From the NCBI GenBank assembly GCA_964187785.1, contig OZ076419.1, positions 20,584,001 to 20,648,000 of the forward strand: 64,000 nucleotides of DNA, read 5' to 3'. This document shows positions 12,195 to 26,590 of this stretch, in pieces (positions within the stretch are counted from its first letter, which is position 1; every line of letters starts with the position of its first letter). This DNA is from Amphiscolops sp. MND2022 (lineage: Eukaryota). Made by a program: the position numbers and the translations under genes. The notes under the pieces were generated by a model. The model searched no databases. It saw nothing but the letters and a program-made list of their open reading frames with translations, and had not been told where the DNA came from.

Positions 12195-13020
12195 AATTGT
12201 TTGGACGAAAAATCTTACCCGAATTACAGTGGCCAATTACATTTGTAGTTTGGAGAAACAAATCAAGTACGCCAAGGCTTATAAATCATCGCGAATCGCT
12301 GGACGTGCCCAAGTTGACTGGCTCGTCATATCGAAGGATGTAAAAGCCCGTTATCAGAAGGGTTCTTTGAAAGACAGGAGACAAACGCGTCAAAAATTAT
12401 TCCAAAAAGATCCTGACTTGAATCATCTAGCTGCGGTTCAATTCAAAATCACAGATTTGTGCAATGAAAATGTTTCGAAAAAGTTTTTCAACTTGGATGA
12501 TCTCAAATGCTTCAACTTCATCACCGTGCTCGAATCTGAACGGTCGTCCTGGTTCCATAAACGACTTGACATGGTCTCTCGTGAGAGAGATCAGTAAGGA
12601 AGGTCAGTATGATGGCGACAATCATAAAACCGGCCGCTACTATGATATTAAACTCAAGTTTCATAAAGATCAGTTTCCTTGGCTGAAAAGATTGAAGGGA
12701 GTGTTCAAGAAAAACCACGGATACGTCGGTAGTTTTTGACACCCAGAAAAACAAAAGACCATTCCCTGACCAACATTATCGAAGTTCGAGAAGGATTTCA
12801 ATGGAAATTCAATTCGTAAAAGTGGGAGACATGTTTTTCATAACAAACATGAATAGAGCCATGAAGAACTGGCATTCCACGAAACACAAAGCGCTCACAG
12901 AAAGGAGACAGCAGAAGGCTCTGAAGCCAGCGACTTCTATCGTGACACGATAAAACGTGCCGTTCAAAAATTAAACAGCGGTACTACTTCAGAAATCAAA
13001 CTTCCTCTTCCTTTGAAACT
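12195..13020 (+). pseudogene. Tyrosine-recombinase domain, long unit 2
   Basis: Same GRPG, HKT and NR motifs and the DFY tyrosine, but a small deletion near 12918 removes the KHS residues. Confidence 0.7.
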
Positions 13021-16000
13021 CCTTCGTCTTCTTTGATGAGCAGATATTCAGAAGGCAATCTTCATTCTGGTACTCCTGCCCAGAAACGACAGAAGACAGT
13101 GACAATGGTTACTCCTGATGTCAATTCTCGTGTCCAAAACCGAACAACGTCATCAGCGACGACTGTTACTACTGAAGGCAACACTCCTGTCCAAAAGCGA
13201 CGAAAGTCAACAGCGAAGATTGTCACACCTGAAATAAGTTCGACTCCAGTTCCACCAATCAATGTTGAAAGTCATAGCAAAGAGAATAGCGAGTCGTATA
13301 TCATGTGGGTTGGGATGAGTGAACTGGAAGGTCCTTTAGAATCTTTCGTTAACAACGACAACACTCAACTTGCCCTTTAATTGAACTCTTTTCTCGAAGG
13401 AATGATGTACTTCAAAGCAGTCAACGATCCAGCGTTGATGGGAGATTTTCTAATTTTGAACGACTGTCAAATATTAAGCAAGCTGAATTCGGAGAACTTT
13501 CAAATGTTAGCGATTGTTTAAAGAGTTTGCAAAGAGACAAAACGGCGAGTCTGAAAGTTTGGGATCCGCGTCTGCAAGTTGGACATTGCATTTGGAAGGT
13601 GGCACAATTGCGAGTATTCTGAGTTTGGATGTTGGAAATCGTTTGGAAACAGACAAAACTGCGAGTCTGAAAATTGGAGATCCGCGACTGCAAGTAGATC
13701 GTCATTTGGAAGGTGGTACAGTTGCAAGTATTTCAAGGTTGAAAGTTGGAGCTCAAGAAAATTCTCACAAATTAGCCGCCGAGACACACATTGATCCAAA
13801 TGCAAGCATAGAATGGAACGTGCAAAGAGCTTCCTATGCGCGAAATGATGGAAACGATGATACAAGCGAAACAGACTCAAGTGATGCTGATGTTGATAAT
13901 GATACGGAGGTTGACACTGGAGAACCAAAATTACGTCCCATTAATAAGCTACCAGAGCAAACGCCCCTCAGTGGAAAAGTGTATTCTTTGCTCAAAGGTA
14001 GTGCATGAAATGAGTGATCATTTCAGTAACCTGCGTAAACTTTCACAGAGTGACCTTTAACATACCAGAGTACTATCAAAACGGATCAGTGCTTTTTGTG
14101 CAATGTTTGTAATCTGAGGATGAGTGATAAGCACAGGCACACAAAGGAACACAATGCTGAGAGAAGTGGAGAACGCGAGGACATCAGTTTGTTTCCTCTG
14201 ATCATTGTTGCAATAGAGAACTTTGAAAGTGACCTACACTTACCGAATTCTCAGTTTGTCGAGGAGTGGATTAGTCATCAAATAGGCATATTTTCTGATG
14301 GAGATGTATCGGGACAATGGGACATACCCGCAACTCAAAAAACTTTATGTAAAGCAATTCACGCAACTGCCACACTGACAGTTGCGCTTTGCTGACACAC
14401 TTGCTCTAGCTGTCTTTGTTTTGTGGGAAATTGTTTGGACAAAAAATCTTACCCGAATTACAGTGGCCAATTACATTTGTAGTTTGGAGAAACTAATCAA
14501 GTACGCCAAGGCTTATAAACCATCGCAAATCGCTGGACGTTCCCAAGTTGAAACTCCTTCGTCTTCTTTGATGAGCAGATATTCAGAAGGCCATCTTCAT
14601 TCTGGTACTCCTGCCCAGAAACGACAGAAGACAGTGACAATGGTTACTCCTGATGTCAATTCTCGTGTCCAAAACCGACCAACGTCATCAGCGACGACTG
14701 TTACTACTGAAGGCAGCACTCCTGTCCAAAAGCGACGAAAGTCAACAGCGACGATTGTCACACCTGAAATAAGTTCGACTCCAGTTCCACCCATCAATGT
14801 TGAAAGTCGTAGCAAAGAGAATAGCGAGTCGTATATCGTGTGGGGGTTGGGGTTGAGTGAACTGGAAGGTGCTTTAAAATCTTTCGTTAACAACGACAAC
14901 ACTGAATTTGCCCTTCAATTGAACTTTTTTCTCGAAGGAATGATGTACTTCAAAGCAGTCAACGATCCAGCGTTGATGGGAGATTTTCTAATTTTGAACG
15001 ACTGTCAAATATTAAGCAAGCTGAATTCGGAGAACTTTCAAATGTTAGCGATTGTTTAAAGAGTTTGCAGAGACAAAACGGCGAGTGTGAAAGTTTGGGA
15101 TCCGCGTCTGCAAGTTGGAGATTGCATTTGGAAGGTGGCACAATTGCGAGTATTATGAGTTTGGATGTTGGAAATCGTTTGGAAACAGACAAAACTGCGA
15201 GTCTGAAAATTGGAGATCCGAGACTGCAAGTTGGAGATCGTCATTTGGAAGGTGGTACAGTTGCAAGTATTTCAAGGCTGAAAGTTGGAGCTCAAGAAAA
15301 TTCTCACAAATTAGCCGCCGAGACACATATTGATCCCAATGCAAGCATAGAATGGAACGTGCAAAGAGCTTCCTATGCGCGAAATAATGGAAACGATGAT
15401 ACAAGCGAAACAGACTCAAGTGATGCTGTTGTTGATAATGATACGGAGGTTGACACTGGAGAACCAAAATTACGTCCCATTAAAAAACTACCGGAGCAAA
15501 CGCCCCTCAGTGGAAAAATGTATTCTTTGCTCAAAGGTAGTACATGAAATGAGTGATCATTTCAGTAACCTGCGTAAACTTTCACAGAGTGACCTTTAAC
15601 ATACCAGAGTACTATCAAAACGGATCAGTGCTTTTTGTGCAATGTTTGTAATCTGAGGATGAGTGATAAGCACAGGCACACAAAGGAACACAATGCTGAG
15701 AGAAGTGGAGAACGCGAGGACATCAGTTTGTTTCCTTCGAGCATTGTTGCAATAGAGAACTTTCAAAATGGCCTTACCGAATTCTCAGTTTGTCGAGGAG
15801 TGGATTAGTCATCAAATAGGCACATTTTCTGATGGAGATGTATCGAGACATTGGGACATACCCGTAACTCAAAAAACTTTATGTAAAGCAATTCACCCTA
15901 CTGCCACACTGACAGTTGCGTTTTGCTGACACACTTGCTCTAGCTGTCTTCGTGAGAAATTGTTTGGACGAAAAATCTTACCCGAATTACATTGGCCAAT

Positions 16001-19000
16001 TACATTTGTAGTTTGGAGAAACTAATCAAGTACGCCAAGGCTTATAAATCATCGCAAATCGCTGGACGTTCCCAAGTTGAAACTCCTTCGTCTTCTTTGA
16101 TGAGCAGATATTCAGAAGGCAATCTTCATTCTGGTACTCCTGCCCAGAAACGACAGAAGACAGTGACAATGGTTACTCCTGATGTCAATTCTCGTGTCCA
16201 AAACCGACCAACGTCATCAGCGACGACTGTTACTACTGAAGGCAGCACTCCTGTCCAAAAGCGACGAAAGTCAACAGCGACGATTGTCACACCTGAAATA
16301 AGTTCGACTCCAGTTCCACCAATCAATGTTGAAAGTCATAGCAAAGAGAATAGCGAGTCGTATATCATGTGGGTTGGGATGAGTGAACTGGAAGGTCCTT
16401 TAGAATCTTTCGTTAACAACGACAACACTCAACTTGCCCTTTAATTGAACTCTTTTCTCGAAGGAATGATGTACTTCAAAGCAGTCAACGATCCAGCGTT
16501 GATGGGAGATTTTCTAATTTTGAACGCCTGTCAAATATTAAGCAAGCTGAATTCGGAGAACTTTCAAATGTTAGCGATTGTTTAAAGAGTTTGCAAAGAG
16601 ACAAAACGGCGAGTCTGAAAGTTTGGGATCCGCGTCTGCAAGTTGGAGATTGGATTTGGAAGGTGGCACAATTGCGAGTATTCTGAGTTTGGATGTTGGA
16701 AATCGTTTGGAAACAGACAAAACTGCGAGTCTGAAAATTGGAGATCCGCGACTGCAAGTAGGAGATCGTCATTTGGAAGGTGGTACAGTTGCAAGTATTT
16801 CAAGGTTGAAAGTTGGAGCTCAAGAAAATTCTCACAAATTAGCCGCCGAGACACACATTGATCCAAATGCAAGCATAGAATGGAACGTGCAAAGAGCTTC
16901 CTATGCGCGAAATGATGGAAACGATGATACAAGCGAAACAGACTCAAGTGATGCTGATGTTGATAATGATACGGAGGTTGACACTGGAGAACCAAAATTA
17001 CGTCCCATTAATAAGCTACCAGAGCAAACGCCCCTCAGTGGAAAAGTGTATTCTTTGCTCAAAGGTAGTGCATGAAATGAGTGATCATTTCAGTAACCTG
17101 CGTAAACTTTCACAGAGTGACCTTTAACATACCAGAGTACTATCAAAACGGATCAGTGCTTTTTGTGCAATGTTTGTAATCTGAGGATGAGTGATAAGCA
17201 CAGGCACACAAAGGAACACAATGCTGAGAGAAGTGGAGAACGCGAGGACATCAGTTTGTTTCCTTCGAGCATTGTTGCAATAGAGAACTTTCAAAATGGC
17301 CTTACCGAATTCTCAGTTTGTCGAGGAGTGGATTAGTCATCAAATAGGCACATTTTCTGATGGAGATGTATCGAGACATTGGGACATACCCGTAACTCAA
17401 AAAACTTTATGTAAAGCAATTCACCCTACTGCCACACTGACAGTTGCGTTTTGCTGACACACTTGCTCTAGCTGTCTTTGTGAGAAATTGTTTGGACGAA
17501 AAATCTTACCCGAATTACATTGGCCAATTACATTTGTAGTTTGGAGAAACTAATCAAGTACGCCAAGGCTTATAAATCATCGCAAATCGCTGGACGTTCC
17601 CAAGTTGAAACTCCTTCGTCTTCTTTGATGAGCAGATATTCAGAAGGCAATCTTCATTCTGGTACTCCTGCCCAGAAACGACAGAAGACAGTGACAATGG
17701 TTACTCCTGATGTCAATTCTCGTGTCCAAAACCGACCAACGTCATCAGCGACGACTGTTACTACTGAAGGCAGCACTCCTGTCCAAAAGCGACGAAAGTC
17801 AACAGCGACGATTGTCACACCTGAAATAAGTTCGACTCCACTTCCACCAATCAATGTTGAAAGTCATAGCAAAGAGAATAGCGAGTCGTATATCATGTGG
17901 GTTGGGATGAGTGAACTGGAAGGTCCTTTAGAATCTTTCGTTAACAACGACAACACTCAACTTGCCCTTTAATTGAACTCTTTTCTCGAAGGAATGATGT
18001 ACTTCAAAGCAGTCAACGATCCAGCGTTGATGGGAGATTTTCTAATTTTGAACGACTGTCAAATATTAAGCAAGCTGAATTCGGAGAACTTTCAAATGTT
18101 AGCGATTGTTTAAAGAGTTTGCAAAGAGACAAAACGGCGAGTCTGAAAGTTTGGGATCCGCGTCTGCAAGTTGGAGATTGGATTTGGAAGGTGGCACAAT
18201 TGCGAGTATTCTGAGTTTGGATGTTGGAAATCGTTTGGAAACAGACAAAACTGCGAGTCTGAAAATTGGAGATCCGCGACTGCAAGTAGGAGATCGTCAT
18301 TGGGAAGGTGGTACAGTTGCAAGTATTTCAAGGTTGAAAGTTGGAGCTCAAGAAAATTCTCACAAATTAGCCGCCGAGACACACATTGATCCAAATGCAA
18401 GCATAGAATGGAACGTGCAAAGAGCTTCCTATGCGCGAAATGATGGAAACGATGATACAAGCGAAACAGACTCAAGTGATGCTGATGTTGATAATGATAC
18501 GGAGGTTGACACTGGAGAACCAAAATTACGTCCCATTAATAAGCTACCAGAGCAAACGCCCCTCAGTGGAAAAGTGTATTCTTTGCTCAAAGGTAGTGCA
18601 TGAAATGAGTGATCATTTCAGTAACCTGCGTAAACTTTCACAGAGTGACCTTTAACATACCAGAGTACTATCAAAACGGATCAGTGCTTTTTGTGCAATG
18701 TTTGTAATCTGAGGATGAGTGATAAGCACAGGCACACAAAGGAACACAATGCTGAGAGAAGTGGAGAACGCGAGGACATCAGTTTGTTTCCTTCGAGCAT
18801 TGTTGCAATAGAGAACTTTCAAAATGGCCTTACCGAATTCTCAGTTTGTCGAGGAGTGGATTAGTCATCAAATAGGCACATTTTCTGATGGAGATGTATC
18901 GAGACATTGGGACATACCCGTAACTCAAAAAACTTTATGTAAAGCAATTCACCCTACTGCCACACTGACAGTTGCGTTTTGCTGACACACTTGCTCTAGC

Positions 19001-20524
19001 TGTCTTTGTGAGAAATTGTTTGGACGAAAAATCTTACCCGAATTACATTGGCCAATTACATTTGTAGTTTGGAGAAACTAATCAAGTACGCCAAGGCTTA
19101 TAAATCATCGCAAATCGCTGGACGTTCCCAAGTTGAAACTCCTTCGTCTTCTTTGATGAGCAGATATTCAGAAGGCAATCTTCATTCTGGTACTCCTGCC
19201 CAGAAACGACAGAAGACAGTGACAATGGTTACTCCTGATGTCAATTCTCGTGTCCAAAACCGACCAACGTCATCAGCGACGACTGTTACTACTGAAGGCA
19301 GCACTCCTGTCCAAAAGCGACGAAAGTCAACAGCGACGATTGTCACACCTGAAATAAGTTCGACTCCAGTTCCACCCATCAATGTTGAAAGTCAAAGCAA
19401 AGAGAATACCGAGTCGTATATCATGTGGGTTGGGGATGAGTGAACTGGAAGGTCCTTTAGAATCTTTCGTTAACAACGACAACACTCAACTTGCCCTTTA
19501 ATTGAACTCTTTTCTCGAAGGAATGATGTACTTCAAAGCAGTCAACGATCCAGCGTTGATGGGAGATTTTCTAATTTTGAACGACTGCCAAATATTAAGC
19601 AAGCTGAATTCGGAGAACTTTCAAATGTTGGCGATTGTTTGAAGAGTTTGCAAAGAGACAAAACGGCGAGTCTGAAAGTTTGGGATCCGCGTCTGCAAGT
19701 TGGAGATTGCATTTGGAAGGTGGCACAATTGCGAGTATTCTGAGTTTGGATGTTGGAAATCGTTTGGAAACAGACAAAACTACGAGTCTGAAAATTGGAG
19801 ATCCGCTACTGCAAGTTGGAGATCGTCATTTGGAAGGTGGTACAGTTGCAAGTATTTCAAGGTTGAAAGTTGGAGCTCAAGAAAATTCTCACAAATTAGC
19901 CGCCGAGACACACATTGATCCAAAGACAAGCATAGAATGGAACGTGCAAAGAGCTTCCTATGCGCGAAATGATGGAAACGATGATACAAGCGAAACAGAC
20001 TCAAGTGATGCTGATGTTGATAATGATACGGAGGTTGACACTGGAGAACCAAAATTACGTCCCATTAATAAGCTACCAGAGCAAACGCCCCTCAGTGGAA
20101 AAGTGTATTCTTTGCACAAAGGTAGTGCATAAAATGAGAGATCATTTCAGTAACCTGCGTAAACTTTCACAGAGTGACCCTTAACATACCACAGTACTAT
20201 CGAATCGGATCAGTGTTTTCTGTGCCATGTTTGTAATCTGAGGATGGGTGATAAACACAGGCACCCAAAGGAACACAATGCAGAGAGAAGTGGAGAACGC
20301 GAGGACATCAGTTTGTTTCCTCTGAGCATTGTTGCAATAGAGAACTTTGAAAGTTTGTCGAGGAGTGGATTAGTCATCAAATAGGCATATTTTCTGACGG
20401 AGATGTATCGGGACAATGAGACATACCCGCAACTCAAAAAACTTTATGTAAAGCAATTCACGCAACTGCCACACTGACAGTTGCGTTTTGCTGACACACT
20501 TGCTCTAGCTGTCTTTGTGGGAAA

Positions 20525-21372
20525 TTGTTTGGACGAAAAACCTTACCCGAATTACAGTGGCCAATTACATTTGTAATTTTTGGAGAAACTAATCAAGTAC
20601 GCCAAGGCTTATAAACCATCGCAAATCGCTGGACGTGCCCAAGTTGACTGGCTCGTCATATCGAAGGATGTAAAAGCCCGTTATCAGAAGGGTTCTTTGA
20701 AAGACAGGAGACAAACGCGTCAAAAATTATTCCAAAAAAGTTCCTGACTTGAATCATCTAGCTGCGGTTCAATCCAAAATCACATATTTGTGCAATGAAA
20801 AAGTTTTTCAACTTGGATGAACTCAAATGCTTCAACTTCATCACCGTGCTTGAATCTGAACGGTCGTCCTGGTTCCATAAACGACTTGACATGGTCTCTC
20901 GTGAGAGAGATCAGAAAGGAAGGTCAGTATGATTACGACAATCATAAAACCGGCAGCTACTATGATATTAAACAAGTTTCATAAAGATCAGTTTCCTTTG
21001 CTGAAAAGATTGAAGGGAGAGTTCAAGAAAAACCACGGATACGTCGGTACAGTTTTTGACACCCAGAAAAATAAAAGACCATTCCCTGGCCAACTTTATC
21101 GAAGTCCGAGAAGGATTTCAACGGGAATTCAATTCGTAAAAGTGGGAGACATGTTTTTCATAACAAACATGAATAGAGCCATGAAGAACTGGCATTCCAC
21201 CAAACACAAAGCGCTCACAGGAAGGAGACAGCAGAAAGACATTGTGAAGCACAGCTCTGAAGCCAGCGACTTCTATCGTGACACGATAAAACGTGCCGTT
21301 CAAAAATTAAACAGCGGTACTACTTCAGAAATCAAACTTCCTCTTCCTTTGAAACTCCTTCGTCTTCTTTGA
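20525..21372 (+). pseudogene. Tyrosine-recombinase domain, third long unit (array unit 7)
   Basis: ORF 20929-21372 carries NMNRAMK...IVKHSSEASDFY in one frame (His codon 21250, Tyr codon 21274). GRPG and HKT lie upstream in a shifted frame. Confidence 0.75.
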
Positions 21373-24300
21373 TGAGCAGATATTCAGAAGGCAATCTTCA
21401 TTCTGGTACTCCTGCCCAGAAACGACAGAAGACAGTGACAATGGTTACTCCTGATGTCAATTCTCGTGTCCAAAACCGACCAACGTCATCAGCGACGACT
21501 GTTACTACTGAAGGCAGCTCTCCTGTCCAAAAGCGACGAAAGTCAACAGCGACGATTGTCACACCTGAAATAAGTTCGACTCCAGTTCCACCAATCAATG
21601 TTGAAAGTCATAGCAAAGAGAATAGCGAGTCGTATATTATGTGGGTTGGGGATGAGTGAACTGGAAGGTCCTTTAGAATCTTTCGTTAACAACGACAACA
21701 CTCAACTTGCCCCTTAAAGAACTCTTTTTTTCGAAGGAATGATGTACTTCAAAGCAGTCAACGATCCAGCGTTGATGGGAGATTTTCTAATTTTGAACGA
21801 CTGCCAAATATTAAGCAAGCTGAATTCGGAGAACTTTCAAATGTTAGCGATTGTTTAAAGAGTTTGCAAAGAGACAAAACGGCGAGTCTGAAAGTTTGGG
21901 ATCCGCGTCTGCAAGTTGGAGATTGCATTTGGAAGGTGGCACAGTTGCGAGTATTCTGAGTTTGGATGTTGGAAATCGTTTGGAAACAGACAAAACTCCG
22001 AGTCTGAAAATTGGAGATCCGCGACTGCAAGTTGGAGATCGTCATTTGGAAGGTGGTACAGTTGCAAGTATTTCAAGGTTGAAAGTTGGAGCTCAAGAAA
22101 ATTCTCACAAATTAGCCGCCGAGACACACATTGATCCAAAGGCAAGCATAGAATGGAACGTGCAAAGAGCTTCCTATGCGCGAAATGATGGAAACAATGA
22201 TACAAGCGAAACAGACTCAAGTGATGCTGATGTTGATAATGATACGGAGGTTGACACTGGAGAACCAAAATTACGTCCCATTAATAAACTACCAGAGCAA
22301 ACGCCCCTCAGTAGAAAAGTGTATTCTTTCCTCAAAGGTAGTGCATAAAATGAAAGATCATTTCAGTAACCTGCGTAAACTTTCACAGAGTGACCCTTAA
22401 CATAACACAGTACTATCAAATCTGATCAGTGCTTTCTGTGCAATTTTTGTAATCTGAGGATGGGTGATAAACACAGGCACCCGAAGGAACACAATGCAGA
22501 GAGAAGTGGAGAACGCGAGGACATCAGTTTGTTTCCTCTGAGCATTGTTGCAATAGAGAACTTTGAAAGTTTGTCGAGGAGTGGATTAATCATCAAACAG
22601 GCATATTTTCTGATGGAGATGTATCGCGACAATGGGACATACCCGCAACTCAAAAAACTTTATGTAAAGCAATTCACGCAACTGCCACACTGACAGTTGC
22701 GTTTTCCTGACACACTGTCTTTGTGGGAAGTTGTTTGGACGAAAAATCTTACCCGAATTACAGTGGCCAATTACATTTGTAATTTTTGGAGAAACTAATC
22801 AAGTACGCCAAGGCTTATAAACCATCGCAAATCGCTGGACGTTCCCAAGTTGAAACTCCTTCGTCTTCTTTGATGAGCAGATATTCAGAAGGCAATCTTC
22901 ATTCTGGTACTCCTGCCCAGAAACGACAGAAGACAGTGACAATGGTTACACCTGATGTCAATTCTCGTGTCCAAAACCGACCAACGTCATCAGCTACGAC
23001 TGTTACTACTGAAGGCAGCACTCCTGTCCAAAAGCGACGAAAGTCAACAGCGACGATTGTCACACCTGAAATAAGTTCGACTCCAGTTCCACCCATCAAT
23101 GTTGAAAGTCATAGCAAAGAGAATAGCGAGTCGTATATCATGTGGGTTGGGGATGAGTGAACTGGAAGGTCCTTTAGAATCTTTCGTTAACAACGACAAC
23201 ACTCAACTTGCCCTTTAATTGAACTCTTTTCTCGAATGTACTTCAAAGCAGTCAACGATCCAGCGTTGATGGGAGATTTTCTAATTTTGAACGACTGCCA
23301 AATATTAAGCAAGCTGAATTCGGAGAACTTTCAAATGTTAGCGATTGTTTAAAGAGTTTGCAAAGAGACAAAACGGCGAGTCTGAAAGTTTGGGATCCGC
23401 GTCTGCAAGTTGGAGATTGCATTTGGAAGGTGGCACAGTTGCGAGTATTCTGAGTTTGGATGTTGGAAATCGTTTGGAAACAGACAAAACTCCGAGTCTG
23501 AAAATTGGAGATCCGCGACTGCAAGTTGGAGATCGTCATTTGGAAGGTGGTACAGTTGCAAGTATTTCAAGGTTGAAAGTTGGAGCTCAAGAAAATTCTC
23601 ACAAATTAGCCGCCGAGACACACATTGATCCAAAGGCAAGCATAGAATGGAACGTACAAAGAGCTTCCTATGCGCGAAATGATGCAAACGATGATACAAG
23701 CGAAACAGACTCAAGTGATGCTGATGTTGATAATACGGAGGTTGACACTGGAGAACCAAAATTACGTCCCATTAATAAACTACCAGAGCAAACGCCCCTC
23801 AGTAGAAAAGTGTATTCTTTGCTCAAAGGTAGTGCATAAAATGAAAGATCATTTCAGTAACCTGCGTAAACTTTCACAGAGTGACCCTTAACATAACACA
23901 GTACTATCAAATCGGATCAGTGCTTTCTGTGCAATTTTTGTAATCTGAGGATGGGTGATAAACACAGGCACCCGAAGGAACACAATGCAGAGAGAAGTGG
24001 AGAACGCGAGGACATCAGTTTGTTTCCTCTGAGCATTGTTGCAATAGAGAACTTTGAAAGTTTGTCGAGGAGTGGATTAGTCATCAAATAGGCATATTTT
24101 CTGATGGAGATGTATCGCGACAATGGGACATACCCGCAACTCCAAAAACTTTATGTAAAGCAATTCACGCAACTGCCACACTGACAGTTGCGTTTTCCTG
24201 ACACACTTGCTCTAGCTGTCTTTGTGGGAAATTGTTTGGACGAAAAATCTTACCCGAATTACAGTGGCCAATTACATTTGTAATTTTTGGAGAAACTAAT

Positions 24301-25734
24301 CAAGTACGCCAAGGCTTATAAACCATCGCAAATCGCTGGACGTTCCCAAGTTGAAACTCCTTCGTCTTCTTTGATGAGCAGATATTCAGAAGGCAATCTT
24401 CATTCTGGTACTCCTGCCCAGAAACGACAGAAGACAGTGACAATGGTTACTCCTGATGTCAATTCTCGTGTCCAAAACCGACCAACGTCATCAGCTACGA
24501 CTGTTACTACTGAAGGCAGCACTCCTGTCCAAAAGCGACGAAAGTCAACAGCGACGATTGTCACACCTGAAATAAGTTCGACTCCAGTTCCACCCATCAA
24601 TGTTGAAAGTCATAGCAAAGAGAATAGCGAGTCGTATATCAAGTGGGTTGGGGATGAGTGAACTGGAAGGTCCTTTAGAATCTTTCGTTAACAACGACAA
24701 CACTCAACTTGCCCTTTAATTGAACTCTTTTCTCGAATGTACTTCAAAGCAGTCAACGATCCAGCGTTGATGGGAGATTTTCTAATTTTGAACGACTGCC
24801 AAATATTAAGCAAGCTGAATTCGGAGAACTTTCAAATGTTAGCGATTGTTTAAAGAGTTTGCAAAGAGACAAAACGGCGAGTCTGAAAGTTTGGGATCCG
24901 CGTCTGCAAGTTGGAGATTGCATTTGGAAGGTGGCACAGTTGCGAGTATTCTGAGTTTGGATGTTGGAAATCGTTTGGAAACAGACAAAACTCCGAGTCT
25001 GAAAATTGGAGATCCGCGACTGCAAGTTGGAGATCGTCATTTGGAAGGTGGTACAGTTGCAAGTATTTCAAGGTTGAAAATTGGAGCTCAGGAAAATTCT
25101 CACAAATTAGCCGCCGAGACACACATTGATCCAAAGGCAAGCATAGAATGGAACGTACAAAGAGCTTCCTATGCGCGAAATGATGGAAACGATGATACAA
25201 GCGAAACAGACTCAAGTGATGCTGATGTTGATAATGATACGGAGGTTGACACTGGAGAACCAAAATTACGTCCCATTAATAAACTACCAGAGCAAACGCC
25301 CCTCAGTAGAAAAGTGTATTCTTTGCTCAAAGGTAGTGCATAAAATGAAAAATCATTTCAGTAACCTGCGTAAACTTTCACAGAGTGACCCTTAACATAA
25401 CACAGTACTATCAAATCGGATCAGTGCTTTCTGTGCAATTTTTGTAATCTGAGGATGGGTGATAAACACAGGCACCCGAAGAAACACAATGCAGAGAGAA
25501 GTGGAGAACGCGAGGACATCAGTTTGTTTCCTCTGAGCATTGTTGCAATAGAGAACTTTGAAAGTTTGTCGAGGAGTGGATTAGTCATCAAATAGGCATA
25601 TTTTCTGATGGAGATGTATCGCGACAATGGGACATACCCGCAACTCCAAAAACTTTATGTAAAGCAATTCACGCAACTGCCACACTGACAGTTGCGTTTT
25701 CCTGACACACTTGCTCTAGCTGTCTTTGTGGGAA

Positions 25735-26590
25735 ATTGTTTGGACGAAAAATCTTACCCGAATTACAGTGGCCAATTACATTTGTAATTTTTGGAGAAAC
25801 TTATCAAGTACGCCAAGGCTTATAAACCATCGCAAATCGCTGGACGTGCCCAAGTTGACTGGCTCGTCATATCGAAGGATGTAAAAGCCCGTTATCAGAA
25901 GGGTTCTTTGAAAGACAGGAGACAAACGCGTCAAAAATTATTCCAAAAAAGTTCCTGACTTGAATCATCTAGCTGCGGTTCAATCCAAAATCACATATTT
26001 GTGCAATGAAAAAGTTTTTCAACTTGGATGAACTCAAATGCTTCAACTTCATCACCTGGCTTGAATCTGAACGGTCGTCCTGGTTCCATAAACGACTTGA
26101 CATGGTCTCTCGTGAGAGAGATCAGAAAGGAAGGTCAGTATGATTACGACAATCACAAAACCGGCAGCTACTATGATATTAAACTCAAGTTTCATAAAGA
26201 TCAGTTTCCTTTGCTGAAAAGATTGAAGGGAGAATTCAAGAAAAACCACGGATACGTCGGTACAGTTTTTGACACCCAGAAAAATAAAAGACCATTCCCT
26301 GGCCAACTTTATCGAAGTTCGAGAAGGATTTCAATAGGAATTCAATTCGTAAAAGTGGGAGACATATTTTTCATAACAAACATGAATAGAGCCATGAAGA
26401 ACTGGCATTCCACCAAACACAAAGCGCTCACAGGAAGGAGACAGCAGAAGGACATTATGTGAAGCACAGCTCTGAAGCCAGCGACTTCTATCGTGACACG
26501 ATAAAACGTGCCGTTCAAAAATTAAACAGCGGTACTACTTCAGAAATCAAACTTCCTCTTCCTTTGAAACTCCTTCGTCTTCTTTGATGA
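25735..26590 (+). pseudogene. Tyrosine-recombinase domain, fourth long unit (array unit 10)
   Basis: ORF 26028-26462 reads NLNGRPGSINDLTW...NHKTGSYY...NMNRAMK; HSSEASDFY follows after a frameshift. Confidence 0.72.
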